Shown here in pieces: positions 46,675-57,715 of a stretch of DNA of 63,556 bases (its first letter is position 1; each line of letters starts with the position of its first letter). Made by a program: the position numbers and the translations under genes. Where the stretch lies: the NCBI GenBank assembly GCA_012862495.1, contig BLSG01000423.1:82377-145932 (forward strand). The letters are read 5' to 3'. The notes beneath the pieces were generated by a model that was not told the origin of the DNA, did not search any database, and saw only the letters and a list, made by a program, of their open reading frames with translations. Origin of the DNA: Thraustochytrium aureum. Lineage: Eukaryota.

Positions 46675-49586
46675 ATGGCCAGCGCATTCTTGCACCCGAG
46701 GCACATCTTTGGGGTGAAGAGCGATGTGAAAGACGGTATCTGGTACCTGGAGGAGAATGTGGTGCTTTACCCCGCTGGGCACAACACGATCGTGTACCAC
46801 ACGGAGACCAAGACGCAAAAGTTCATCCAAGGCACTGAATCATCGCGCGGCATCACCGCGCTTGGAGTGAGCCCGAGCAGGCGATACGTCGCGATCGCGG
46901 AGCGCGGACAACGCGGGATGGTGAGCATCTACGACTGGCACAGCCAGAAGAAGCGCAAGGTGCTGACCAGCACAGAGTGCGGGTCGTCCGAGTACGTCAG
47001 CGTCTCGTTCTCTTCCAACAAGCTCCTGCTCACGCTGGGCGGCGCCCCGGACTGGACCCTAGTGCTATGGCAGTGGGAAAAGTCCAAGGTGCTGTGCTCC
47101 GTCAAAGTGAGCAATGCCGCGAATAGCCCTTTGTACCAGTGCAGCTTCAACCCGGTCGACCCCTCCGTGGTCTGCGTGACGGGAGACGGCATCTTCAAGG
47201 CATTTCGAATCGTTGAAAACCTCTTCAAGCCGATGCCAAATTTGCTGGGCACCATGGAGCCGCGCAAGTTCACGGCCCACCTCTGGCTCAACGACGACCG
47301 CGTCGTTCTCGGCACGAGCGAGGGGGCGCTCGTCCTTTTCGAAGCGGGCGAGTTCCTTGCTGTGCTCGAATGCTCTCCCGACGACGGCAACGCGGTCACG
47401 TGCATGGCCACTCTCTCGGACGGCTTTGTAGTCGGGTGCGCTGGCGGCGACGTGCGCGTCTTCCAAGCGGTCGCTGACGACGAGGGCTTTTACCGCGAGT
47501 CGAAGGCCGTTTCCGTCACCGCTGCGCTGGAAAAGGCAGCTGGCCAAAACCAGTTTCAAGTGGGCGCCCCGACGATCTTGAGCGCTGCCTCGCGCAACGG
47601 AGCAGCCGCAGCCTCAAAGCGCACGCTCGACGGCACGGGCGACCCTCGCGCTAGCACCGCCTTGCTCCGCTCAAACACGCTGCGCAGCGTCAACGAAGCG
47701 GCGGAGAGCGCCAACGCGGCGTCCGAAGAGATCGAGGAGGACTTTGTCGAGAGCGTTATTTCCATCGCGGTTTCCCCCAGCGAAGAGCACGCAGTGGTGA
47801 CGCTAAACACAAACCAGCTCGTGCTGCTGCGGCTGACGAGCAACGACCTGCTCAAGCAAAACGAGATCAGCGTGGAGGTGCTCTCTGACTCGTTTCACAG
47901 GCAGGGTATGGGGCGGACGGCGCGCATCACGGGGCTGGACGTCTGCATTCGCAAGCCGCTCGCGGTCACGTGCGGCCTGGACCGCTCGGTGCGGGTGTGG
48001 AACTATCTCGACAACCGCAACGAGCTGACCAAGTTTTTCGGCGAGGAGGCCCACTCGGTGGCCTTTCACCCTTCTGGCCTGCACCTCCTGGTGGGGTTCT
48101 CCGACAAGTTGCGCCTTCTGAATTTGCTCATGGACGACATGCGCACGGCCAAAGAGCTCCCGATCAAGTCGTGCCGCGAGTGCCAGTTTGCGAACGGGGG
48201 GCACATGTTTGCCGCCGTCAACGGCAACACGATCCAGGTCTTCAACACGTACACATGCGATGCGTCCGCACTATGCGCGGCCACAACGGCAAAGTGCGCT
48301 CCCTGTTCTGGTCGGCCAACGACGCGCAGNNNNNNNNNNNNNNNNNNNNNNNNNNNNNNNNNNNNNNNNNNNNNNNNNNNNNNNNNNNNNNNNNNNNNNN
48401 NNNNNNNNNNNNNNNNNNNNNNNNNNNNNNNNNNNNNNNNNNNNNNNNNNNNNNNNNNNNNNNNNNNNNNNNNNNNNNNNNNNNNNNNNNNNNNNNNNNN
48501 NNNNNNNNNNNNNNNNNNNNNNNNNNNNNNNNNNNNNNNNNNNNNNNNNNNNNNNNNNNNNNNNNNNNNNNNNNNNNNNNNNNNNNNNNNNNNNNNNNNN
48601 NNNNNNNNNNNNNNNNNNNNNNNNNNNNNNNNNNNNNNNNNNNNNNNNNNNNNNNNNNNNNNNNNNNNNNNNNNNNNNNNNNNNNNNNNNNNNNNNNNNN
48701 NNNNNNNNNNNNNNNNNNNNNNNNNNNNNNNNNNNNNNNNNNNNNNNNNNNNNNNNNNNNNNNNNNNNNNNNNNNNNNNNNNNNNNNNNNNNNNNNNNNN
48801 NNNNNNNNNNNNNNNNNNNNNNNNNNNNNNNNNNNNNNNNNNNNNNNNNNNNNNNNNNNNNNNNNNNNNNNNNNNNNNNNNNNNNNNNNNNNNNNNNNNN
48901 NNNNNNNNNNNNNNNNNNNNNNNNNNNNNNNNNNNNNNNNNNNNNNNNNNNNNNNNNNNNNNNNNNNNNNNNNNNNNNNNNNNNNNNNNNNNNNNNNNNN
49001 NNNNNNNNNNNNNNNNNACGAGTGCGTGCAGACCGTGCAGGACCCTGCGCGACTGCGAGACCACGTCCAGCGCCTCTACGAGGGCTTTGTCAACGAGCAG
49101 GTCAAGTCTGAGACAGTCGACGTGGACATCAAGCGCGAGTACCATCGCCAGAAGGACTACCTCGAGAAGAGCGCTGAGGCGCTCAAGCGCCGTCTCGAGC
49201 GCGACGTGCACAAGCACAAGGACGAGAACATGAGGATCATGGAGCGGAACATGAGCCTCATCGCGGAGATCAACGACCTCCGCGAGGAGATTCGCACCGC
49301 CCGCATGCGGAGCATTGTTGAGGCCTCGGACGTGTCCAAGCCGTCCAAGCAGCCACCCATCGGCAAGTCGCCCGCCAGCTCGAACCGCCAACTCAAGCAG
49401 CGAGCTATTCCGGTTGGTGGGCCGAATTCAGGCTTTGGTTCGCCGACGATGACGCCGGAGGAGTCTGCGCTGATGGAGGAGCAGCGGGCAGAGATTGGCC
49501 GTCTCAAGGCGTACCTCGCCGAACTGGAGGAGCGCATGGCGCAGGCAAAGCCTGTGTCGCGCGAGCGCCTTGCACCATTGCCCTGA
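46675..49586 (+). CDS. CFAP57: Cilia- and flagella-associated protein 57 (WDR65/FAP57)
   Basis: HIFGVKSDV...YPAGHN...TQKFIQGTE..GITALGVSPSRRYVAIAE, SFH..ITGLDVCIRKPL.VTCGLDRSVRVWNY and SVAFHPSGLHLLVGFSDKLRLLNLLMDD. C-terminal coiled coil REYHRQKDYLEKS...IMERNMSLIAEINDLR. The middle lies in the gap. Confidence 0.95.
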
Positions 49587-50037
49587 CGGCGACGCACGCC
49601 TATTGGATGTACTATGGAATGCTGATGGCCTGGCCTGGGGTTGAATCAAATTGCCGAAATGCTGTTTTCGTTTTTTCTCGCGGTTGAGTACTTACTCGGT
49701 ACAGAAGCTAGAGCTAGAGGCCAAGGGTATGGATGGCGGGGCGGTTGCGTTGCGTCCTTATTTGACCGTGCGCGCAAGGTCGAGGTGCGCGAGGCAGTTG
49801 ATCGCGCCAGGCAATCAACGCGAGGCGAAGCGTACGCGTGCGCAGACGCGCGCGCACAACACGCGCGCAAAAACACATGAAATCTTCTACATGAGAGCAC
49901 ACAATTATCTCACCGCCAGTGGACGCTCAAGCCCGTTCGGGCCACGCTTGCGTGGCGAAAACGCTCGGCCGCAGCGCACTGGTCGACCCGACAGCGAGCT
50001 GCCAGCTACGCGTAGCCCACTGTCAAAAGCTAGCTAG

Positions 50038-52216
50038 CTAGTCAGAGTTGCCAAACTCGGTGTACACCATCCTATGCGCAAGCAGCGGGAGCGTCTCAAG
50101 GGTGTCGTTCGTAACGCCCTTGTAGTACGTTTCAGAAGCCCGGCGTACTGGCGCAGCGAAGAGTCGATATACGGCTGGCGCTCCGCCGGGATGCTCGGGT
50201 CTTTGTCCAAGCACATCCGCACGAAGGAATCGATCTTGCTGCAAAACATAATGTCCACCAAGAGCTCCTCGTTGTCCGTCGTGTTGGTGTCGTCAAAAAT
50301 GGCCATGCGACGCTCAAAAGAGCTCTCGCCGCTGTACACGTTTGGCGGCACCGTGACCTCGCCAGTTCCGCCCCCCTTTTTGGAGTCCCCAAAGCTGGAG
50401 CGGCGCTGCAGGATCGGCTGGCTCGCAGCAGGGTCTGGCAGCGATCCAAAGTCGCTGATCACCTGCGCATCGGTGAAGCAGGGCAGGTTGCGGCGGTCAG
50501 CCCGCAGCACCTTGTAGACGAGCGTGAGCTGGAAGAAGGTGCGCACCTCGCTGCTCCAGTGCAGGAAGAGGCGAAGGAAGAACTTTTTCATGATGTCGCC
50601 CAGAAAGCGAATTCGCACCTGGCCGTGAAAAAGGTGCAGTGTATTGTACAGGAGGCTAAGCACCTTGAGGAGCACCTGGAACTGCTCCGAGTGGAGCAGC
50701 TTCTCGATGCCAAACCAGTAGTTGTCGTAGTCGAAGGCCTCCGGCAGCGTGGGACGGACCGCCTCCTTGGGGTTGTCGACGATGGTCTGCTTGGGCGGCG
50801 TGTTGCGGCTGTTTTGGTTGTGATTGACGATGCCCTCGCGCGCCGTGGCCGAGTAGGCCACGGTGGAAAACCACAAGTTGAGGTGCTCGATGCAGCTGTC
50901 GACGCTAAGGAGCGAGTGCAGGTTTGTGCACTCGTACGTGAGCTTGACGAACGGGTTGATGAGCGACTTGTTGCTCAGCAGGGCGAGCGCGCTGCGCTTG
51001 ACGCGCATGTAGGCCGCGAGCGAGCTCACCCAGCCGTTCGACTCGCCCACCTTGCGTTTGCAGATCCCGTCCCACCACATGGACGACTTGAGAAGGGGCC
51101 AAAAGCACTCTAGCAAAAGGTCGTACGCCGGAATCGCGCCCCACATCACCGGTTTGGTCGCCACGCTCTCCACGTGGACGACGTAGACCTCGACAAAGGT
51201 CAGGAAGAACGTTTCCTTCGTCGAGAGCCACGCCAAGCAGGCGTTGTCGTTGGAGAGCACGCTGGGCCCCAGCGCTGCTGCCTCCGACTCGGAGTTGAAA
51301 TAGTTCCACTGGAATAGGTCTGGGTTGTTGACGATGAACGCCGACGTTGACGAGGCGTCCGCGTCGTCCCCGAGCGGCCGAAGCGTGCGAGCCAAGGCGT
51401 CCGGCTCACGGGGCCCCGCGCGCGCCGCTGCGGCGCCAGCAACGGGCGCCTTTGGCGCTGCCTCCTTGGCGCTGCCAGCAGCTTGCCCCGCCTCGCTGTT
51501 CAATGAAGGCGCGCTGCCGGGTGGCGGGAGGGCCCCTGCAAAGGCTCCTCCTCGCCAGCCCCGCGCGGGGCTGGCGGGGCTGGCGGCGGGTTGCCGTCGG
51601 CGATGGATCGCTGCGCGGCCGCTTTCCGCTGAAGCGCGTCTACGATGCGCCCGCCGACAAGGGGCAGGCGGAAGAAGAAGACTACCAGTGTCTGTGCGCT
51701 AAAGTGGATGATCTCGGCAAACTTGCCCTTGGCGGTCATCGACTTTAGCACCAGCAGAAAGGTGCGGAGCAGTAGGGCTTTGTAGCGCTCGGCCATGCGC
51801 AGGTTTGCGGCCGAGCAGCGCGGCCCGGCGCTGTCTGGGCCAAAGCCCAGCTTGCGGAGCGTAAACTCCTCACGCTGCATGAGCATCACGATCAGGGCGT
51901 ACCCGAGCTCCTTAATCGCGGGTTTGGTCATGATCACCACAAAGTCGAGCAGGTACTCCCACAAGTTGAGCAGATCCTCCTTCGCGCGCAGCATCTCTGC
52001 CTCGTCCGTATTGGTAAAGCACGGCTGCTTGATGTACGGGTCCAACTTGCGCAGCAGCGCGATCCTGTCATGCAGCGTCATCCCGGTCCCGCGGCCCGCA
52101 GCCGCCGACGTGCTGCGCACAGACACCTGCTGCACCATCTTCGTGAAGCTGGGCGACCACCTGGCGTAGTTGGTCGGCATCGTCAGCCGCCGCAGCGCAT
52201 TCACCAGCCCATCCAT
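50038..52216 (-). CDS. DUF1765/UPF0592-like alpha-helical protein (frameshifts near 51520 and 50130)
   Basis: FSAQTLVVFFFRLP and FDYDNYWFGIEKLL.SE...LLKVLSLLYN...FFLRLFLHWSSEVRTFFQLTLVYKV resemble the DUF1765 family core. Confidence 0.65.
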
Positions 52217-53298
52217 CCTCGCCCGCTAACGAGCCGCCGAGCCTCGCAGCATGCGCAGCGCCCCCGCTCTGCCCGCCTGCCCTCCTCGCGCCTGCCCTCC
52301 TCGCGCCTGCTCTCCTCCTCCGCCGCCTCCGCCTCCTCCTCGCCCTCCTGCCCGATGCGCGTCTGCTCACTCCGAGTCACTCGTCTGTANNNNNNNNNNN
52401 NNNNNNNNNNNNNNNNNNNNNNNNNNNNNNNNNNNNNNNNNNNNNNNNNNNNNNNNNNNNNNNNNNNNNNNNNNNNNNNNNNNNNNNNNNNNNNNNNNNN
52501 NNNNNNNNNNNNNNNNNNNNNNNNNNNTCTGATGATTCTGATCAGCACCGATTGAAACCGCAGCTCAATCGATTGAAGGGCACTCCCCTCCTCCAAGACC
52601 TTCGATTGAAAGAACAACTGACGAAGAAGCTTCGTTTGATCGGGATCAACAGGAATCGATTCAATCGATTGTCGCCACGCGAACAACGGGAACATCTTTC
52701 TTCTTGAATGAATTATGAATCTTGATATCTCAAATTCAAGAATCGAGATCGACCCTGGCATGGTGTTTGCTTTCGTGCTGTCGCCAAGGAGCTTTGGTGT
52801 CGCGCATTCAGAGTTCCACCGCGGCCGGCGCTGGGCACAGTAGGTACAGTAACTTTAGTTCTGTACACGGAACAGTAAGTACGGTACTCTACTTACCACT
52901 TCCTTCCTTGCATTCCTCGTTGTCGCTGATGAGTTCGCACGGCGGAAGGCGTATTTTGCCGTGGGCGGACACGTTCCAATTGGCTTCAGGCTTCAGGTTG
53001 GTGCACTCCGAGTTCGAGTTGGTCGTATTTCATGCAGGCCGGCGCCGCGAACGACGCGGCGAGAGATGCTTTTGGGCTGCTGCGTCCTGCCAGTGTGCGG
53101 GCAGTGGACTCAAACTCGCACCGTCGTTTTGCCTCTTCAAATGCAATTCAATCAATCAATCAAAACTCAAAAGCAGTCCTGATTCTGTCAGCACATCGGT
53201 CGAACGCACGACCGCTCGAAAGCACAAGTGGTCGGCGCGAGTCGCCCCACGCCTCTCCCCGCGAGGGCGCGAAGCAGCAAAGGCAACGTGCTAGCGCG

Positions 53299-54132
53299 AT
53301 GGCGACCGACAAAGGCGCGGGGCTCTCGTTCCGCGTGGTGCCGGGCAAGTCGATGTTTGAGCAAGTTCTCGCCGGGGAGCGCGGCTTCCCGCTCACACTT
53401 GACGAGTTTGAGGCGTTTCTCAAGCTGGAACACAACGACGAGAACCTCGCGTTCTTCCGCGCGGCCGGCGAGTACAGCGGCAGCCCCAGTGCGGCCCTGC
53501 GCGACGAAATCATCAACAAGTTTATCGCACCAGGGAGCTCCCAGGAGATCAACTTGTCCGCAGCAGAGCGGGACCGGGTGCTGAGCCGCGCGCAAGATGG
53601 AGCGCCGACCGACTTGTTCGCGCAGGCACAAGAAGTCGTCAAGCGGCTGATGGAGCAGGACTCGTTTGAACGCTTTGCAATGCAGGCGTCCAAGAACAAT
53701 CTTAGCGTTGCGCACTCGCAGAGCCGAATGCGCTGGGGGTTTGCATTCATTCTCCTCGGCGTGGTGATGGGCGCTGCAACCATCGTGATGCAGAGCCTGA
53801 CACAAGGCGTCCCGCTCAGCGAGCGGTATTGGCGGGCTCTAACGGGCCCAATGTTCGTGCAAGGGTTTATGCAAGTTGTGACAGCGCGAAAGCGGATTTG
53901 CCCAAGCCTGCTCGTCTTGAACGTTCGAATGACGGATGGCGTGTCGTACTTTAAGCTTGTATGCTCGTCGAGCATGCGAAGGCGCGGTAGCTTCACCATT
54001 AAAGACGAGTACATCCAGCGCAAGCTGAAGCGCCGCGCCTTGCTCGCCTCTCTTGAGGGCGTCTTCTATGGCCTGTTTGCGACCACGATCGTCGTGCTGC
54101 TGCCGCCTGGGACAGACCTGTACGGGTTCTGA
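53299..54132 (+). CDS. RGS-domain protein with three C-terminal TM helices (Rax1/RgsB-like)
   Basis: RGS core FEAFLKLEHNDENLAFF...IINKFIAPGSSQEINLS...LFAQAQEVVKRLMEQDSFERF. Then hydrophobic WGFAFILLGVVMGAATIVM, YWRALTGPMF..., ICP and a final GVFYGLFATTIVVLLPPG. Confidence 0.88.
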   Translation: MATDKGAGLSFRVVPGKSMFEQVLAGERGFPLTLDEFEAFLKLEHNDENLAFFRAAGEYSGSPSAALRDEIINKFIAPGSSQEINLSAAERDRVLSRAQDGAPTDLFAQAQEVVKRLMEQDSFERFAMQASKNNLSVAHSQSRMRWGFAFILLGVVMGAATIVMQSLTQGVPLSERYWRALTGPMFVQGFMQVVTARKRICPSLLVLNVRMTDGVSYFKLVCSSSMRRRGSFTIKDEYIQRKLKRRALLASLEGVFYGLFATTIVVLLPPGTDLYGF

Positions 54133-54344
54133 CAAGCCAAACGAACGCCCACCTGTGTCTCTAAATCCCAACGGTGTTCTCAACTGGAGCTCCAGCAGGA
54201 GCAACAGAGCAGGGCTCTCGGATGATTGATATGTCGATTTGAGTTTTTACGCCTACACCGCCATCCAGCTTGACCTGGCTAGCTTCGCAAAGCCCTTGAG
54301 GGATCTGGCTTCGGAAGGGGCTCAATCGCCGCCGCAGCGACGCC

Positions 54345-55095
54345 TCAAAGGAGCGCCTTGGGCTTCCTGTCAGAAAAGAACCCGCCACTGACCGACGCGT
54401 CCGCCTCCAAGGCAAGGTAGACGGGAGTGTCCGCACCTTGCTCTGCCGACCGCGGCGCGGCGCTCGAGCCCATGTCGGTGCGACACCAGCCAGGGCAGCA
54501 CGCAGCAAACCGATCGAGGGGTTACCTGCCGCGAGCACACGCGTCGCCGCCACGAGAGCCAGCTTGGAGGTCCCGTAGTTGTTCGCAGCGAAGCCAGCAT
54601 CATTCGTTGTCCCACTTTGCACAGCGTCCAAGTACTCTTGCGCGAGGCCCCGGATCTGGTCAAGCGAGGTCGCGGCGCGCCAGCGCGCCTGAACTGCTGC
54701 GCTTGACCCGTCGAAGGCTGTGTTTGCGATCTGAGAGGCGACGTTGACCACGCGCGAGCCCTCGGTCTTGCCGAGGAGGGGCAGCAGGCCTTCGGTCAGC
54801 CGCAAGGTGTTGAAGAGGTTTGGCACAAGGGTGGCGGCTGCTTGCTTCTCAAAGGGGACTCCGGAGGACGAGTTGAACATGACTGCAGCGTTGTTGATCA
54901 AGACGTCGAGCCGGCCGAACTTTTCCGCAAAATTCGCTGCAAAGGCGTCCACGGAGGCCTCATCGTCCAGGTCGAGGGGCAGCGCCTCTAGCTTTGCGTT
55001 CGGAAACTCGCCGCGGAGCGTCTCGATCGCCTTGCCGGCACGCTCCAGGCTGCGCGCGGCGATCACGACTTGCAGCCCATCGTGCTTGCAGAGCC
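54345..55095 (-). CDS. Short-chain dehydrogenase/reductase, carbonyl reductase (CBR-like); 5' end in gap
   Basis: VVIAARS, LDLDD, GRLDVLINNAA, RVVNVAS and catalytic YGTSK. After a frameshift near 54510: ACCPGWCRTDMG...EQGADTPVYLA...GGFFSDRK*. Confidence 0.9.
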
Positions 55096-55760
55096 NNNNN
55101 NNNNNNNNNNNNNNNNNNNNNNNNNNNNNNNNNNNNNNNNNNNNNNNNNNNNNNNNNNNNNNNNNNNNNNNNNNNNNNNNNNNNNNNNNNNNNNNNNNNN
55201 NNNNNNNNNNNNNNNNNNNNNNNNNNNNNNNNNNNNNNNNNNNNNNNNNNNNNNNNNNNNNNNNNNNNNNNNNNNNNNNNNNNNNNNNNNNNNNNNNNNN
55301 NNNNNNNNNNNNNNNNNNNNNNNNNNNNNNNNNNNNNNNNNNNNNNNNNNNNNNNNNNNNNNNNNNNNNNNNNNNNNNNNNNNNNNNNNNNNNNNNNNNN
55401 NNNNNNNNNNNNNNNNNNNNNNNNNNNNNNNNNNNNNNNNNNNNNNNNNNNNNNNNNNNNNNNNNNNNNNNNNNNNNNNNNNNNNNNNNNNNNNNNNNNN
55501 NNNNNNNNNNNNNNNNNNNNNNNNNNNNNNNNNNNNNNNNNNNNNNNNNNNNNNNNNNNNNNNNNNNNNNNNNNNNNNNNNNNNNNNNNNNNNNNNNNNN
55601 NNNNNNNNNNNNNNNNNNNNNNNNNNNNNNNNNNNNNNNNNNNNNNNNNNNNNNNNNNNNNNNNNNNNNNNNNNNNNNNNNNNNNNNNNNNNNNNNNNNN
55701 NNNNNNNNNNNNNNNNNNNNNNNNNNNNNNNNNNNNNNNNNNNNNNNNNNNNNNNNNNNN

Positions 55761-56277
55761 TTGCGGAAAAACTCGACGTTGATGTGCCCCGCAGCTTCAT
55801 AACTTGGCCAAACACGGGCATCCGGAAGAGCGACCCCATGGCCACAAACTTGGGCGCCACCGGAAACACCGAGCTCGCCACGATCCAGCTGTCCACGTAC
55901 GAGAGGTGGTTGCTGACGATGATGGCGCCCTTCGGGATTGACTTGGGCTTGCGCACGACGCTGATGTACCAGAACGGGTTGAGGTTGATGAGGATGAAAA
56001 TGCTGATCTGTTGGCAGTGGCCCAGCAGCTGGTCCCGCCGCTTCGCGGGGAGCATCCAGCCCACGGTAACCATAAGGAGGCACTGAATGATGAGGACCAG
56101 GGTGTGTGAACCCCAGAACGCTACCCAAAGGTACACTGTTGCCGCGAGCCGCACGGCCGTCGTGCGAACCCGGCGCACGAGGACAATCAGGACAACCAGC
56201 AAGGCCGCGAGGGCAAGCCCAGCGGTCTCCGCAGGGTTTTCTTTCATCCATGCCTGAGCATCATCCCAGGCGCCCAT
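55761..56277 (-). CDS. 1-acyl-sn-glycerol-3-phosphate acyltransferase (PlsC/LPAAT family), 5' part
   Basis: N-terminal TM segments, catalytic motif I AIIVSNHLSYVD and KFVAMGSLFRMPVFG. The 3' end is in the gap. Confidence 0.88.
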
Positions 56278-56938
56278 GGCTCGGGCCGACGCTCTTTCCC
56301 GCGCGCAGCAGAGCCCGTCCTCGCCCTTCGCACCGCAGCTGCGCCGCTCTGCGCCGCCCTACGCCACGCTGCGCCGCGCTGCGCTTTTGCGGGCACACTA
56401 CGACCGCAACGTCTCTCGCCCCTTCGTGTGTGGCAGCCGCAGCCGAAGCGGCCTCTTCGAGCAAAACAAACAGCAGCCGCCTGCGCCAACCAACGCGCTC
56501 GACCTGCGCTGCGCGTCCCGTCGGTCTCGCCAGGCCTTCGTCGCGTCTCCGAGCCGCTTGCGCCGCGGGCAGCCTGCGTATCTCGAGCAGTTTCCAGCTC
56601 TGCCCAGCTGGCTGGCCAGCTGTTCTTCCTGCCAGCCTGACTGCAGCAAGCCAAGGAAGGCAGGCAGGCCAAGGCCTCGATGTGCTCCTCCCTCTCGCCG
56701 AGCACGGTATCGCGCAGGCTGTCAGGGGCCCTGAGCCGGGCAGGCGCTCAAGAGGCGCCACGATCGTTACCAGGCGCAGCGCAAACAGCCAACCACCTTT
56801 CAATCAAGTCAACGTGGACCTTGCGCGGCGCTCGACGATCGATCGACCTGGCGGCGAGCAAAGCCGCCAGCAGCCTGCCGCTGCTGGTTGAAGACGAATG
56901 AGCTGGATTGAATCGTCAGTTGCGCCGCTGCCTGGCCA

Positions 56939-56971
<33 letters not shown>
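56939..56971 (+). repeat. (GCTG)n microsatellite
   Basis: About 8 tandem units. Confidence 0.9.
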
Positions 56972-56972
<1 letters not shown>

Positions 56973-57715
56973 CCCGCAGGCGCCTGCCCGTCGAAGAAAG
57001 TAGGAAAGGCAAGGCGCCAAGTTGGCGCCAAGGCACATTGCAAGCAGCAGTTGGCCCGACTCGGAGCCGCGTCAAGGACACCACGGCACAAAACGCCCGA
57101 CGAGGTCTGTCGGGGTGGACAGGAATCCCCGTGAAGCGCGAGCCGCGGCCTGCGCGCTGTGCGGCGGCCCTGCCACGGCGTAGTGTGCGACTGCAGCCTG
57201 CGTCGCACACCGAGATGGGCGGAGTAACCATTTTAGTGTTCGCGACGGAAATAGAGGGCGATGGTTTCGTTAGAAGAGCGCGTTCAAGCGGGACGCCAAC
57301 TCACACCAGCGTGCGGCGCGCGCGGCGCTCGATCGGTGGGTCGACCGATCGAGCTCGATGTTCGCATGCGGCACAAATGCGGCTGCGGTTCCCTCAGGCT
57401 GGTGGGCCAGGACCGTATCCTGCCCATTCTGCTGATGGCTTGGCTCGCGCCCCAGCTCTGCCAGCGTTGTTGACGCGCCACTGGTGGAAAGGACAGGTGT
57501 GCTCAGCTGCTCTGATCGGCCTTCAAGTTGGCCGCCAATGCCGCTGCTCGTTCAAGTTTCAGGATCTACCAGCTCGTTCAGCAGCTGGTGGCCAGTGTAA
57601 GGTGTGCGGGCCGCGATGTAATAGGGGGGTGCGGCCGAATGAAAAGAGCATGGTGGGCTTTGGTGGGCTGGCTCTCTACTCTATCTAGTAGGCTCGAGCT
57701 CTGCTGCTCCAGAGC

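Noticed and set aside
52201..52761. Minus-strand ORF through the palindrome-rich island
   Set aside because: Atypical composition, extended by a gap, and no domain. Better explained as non-coding.
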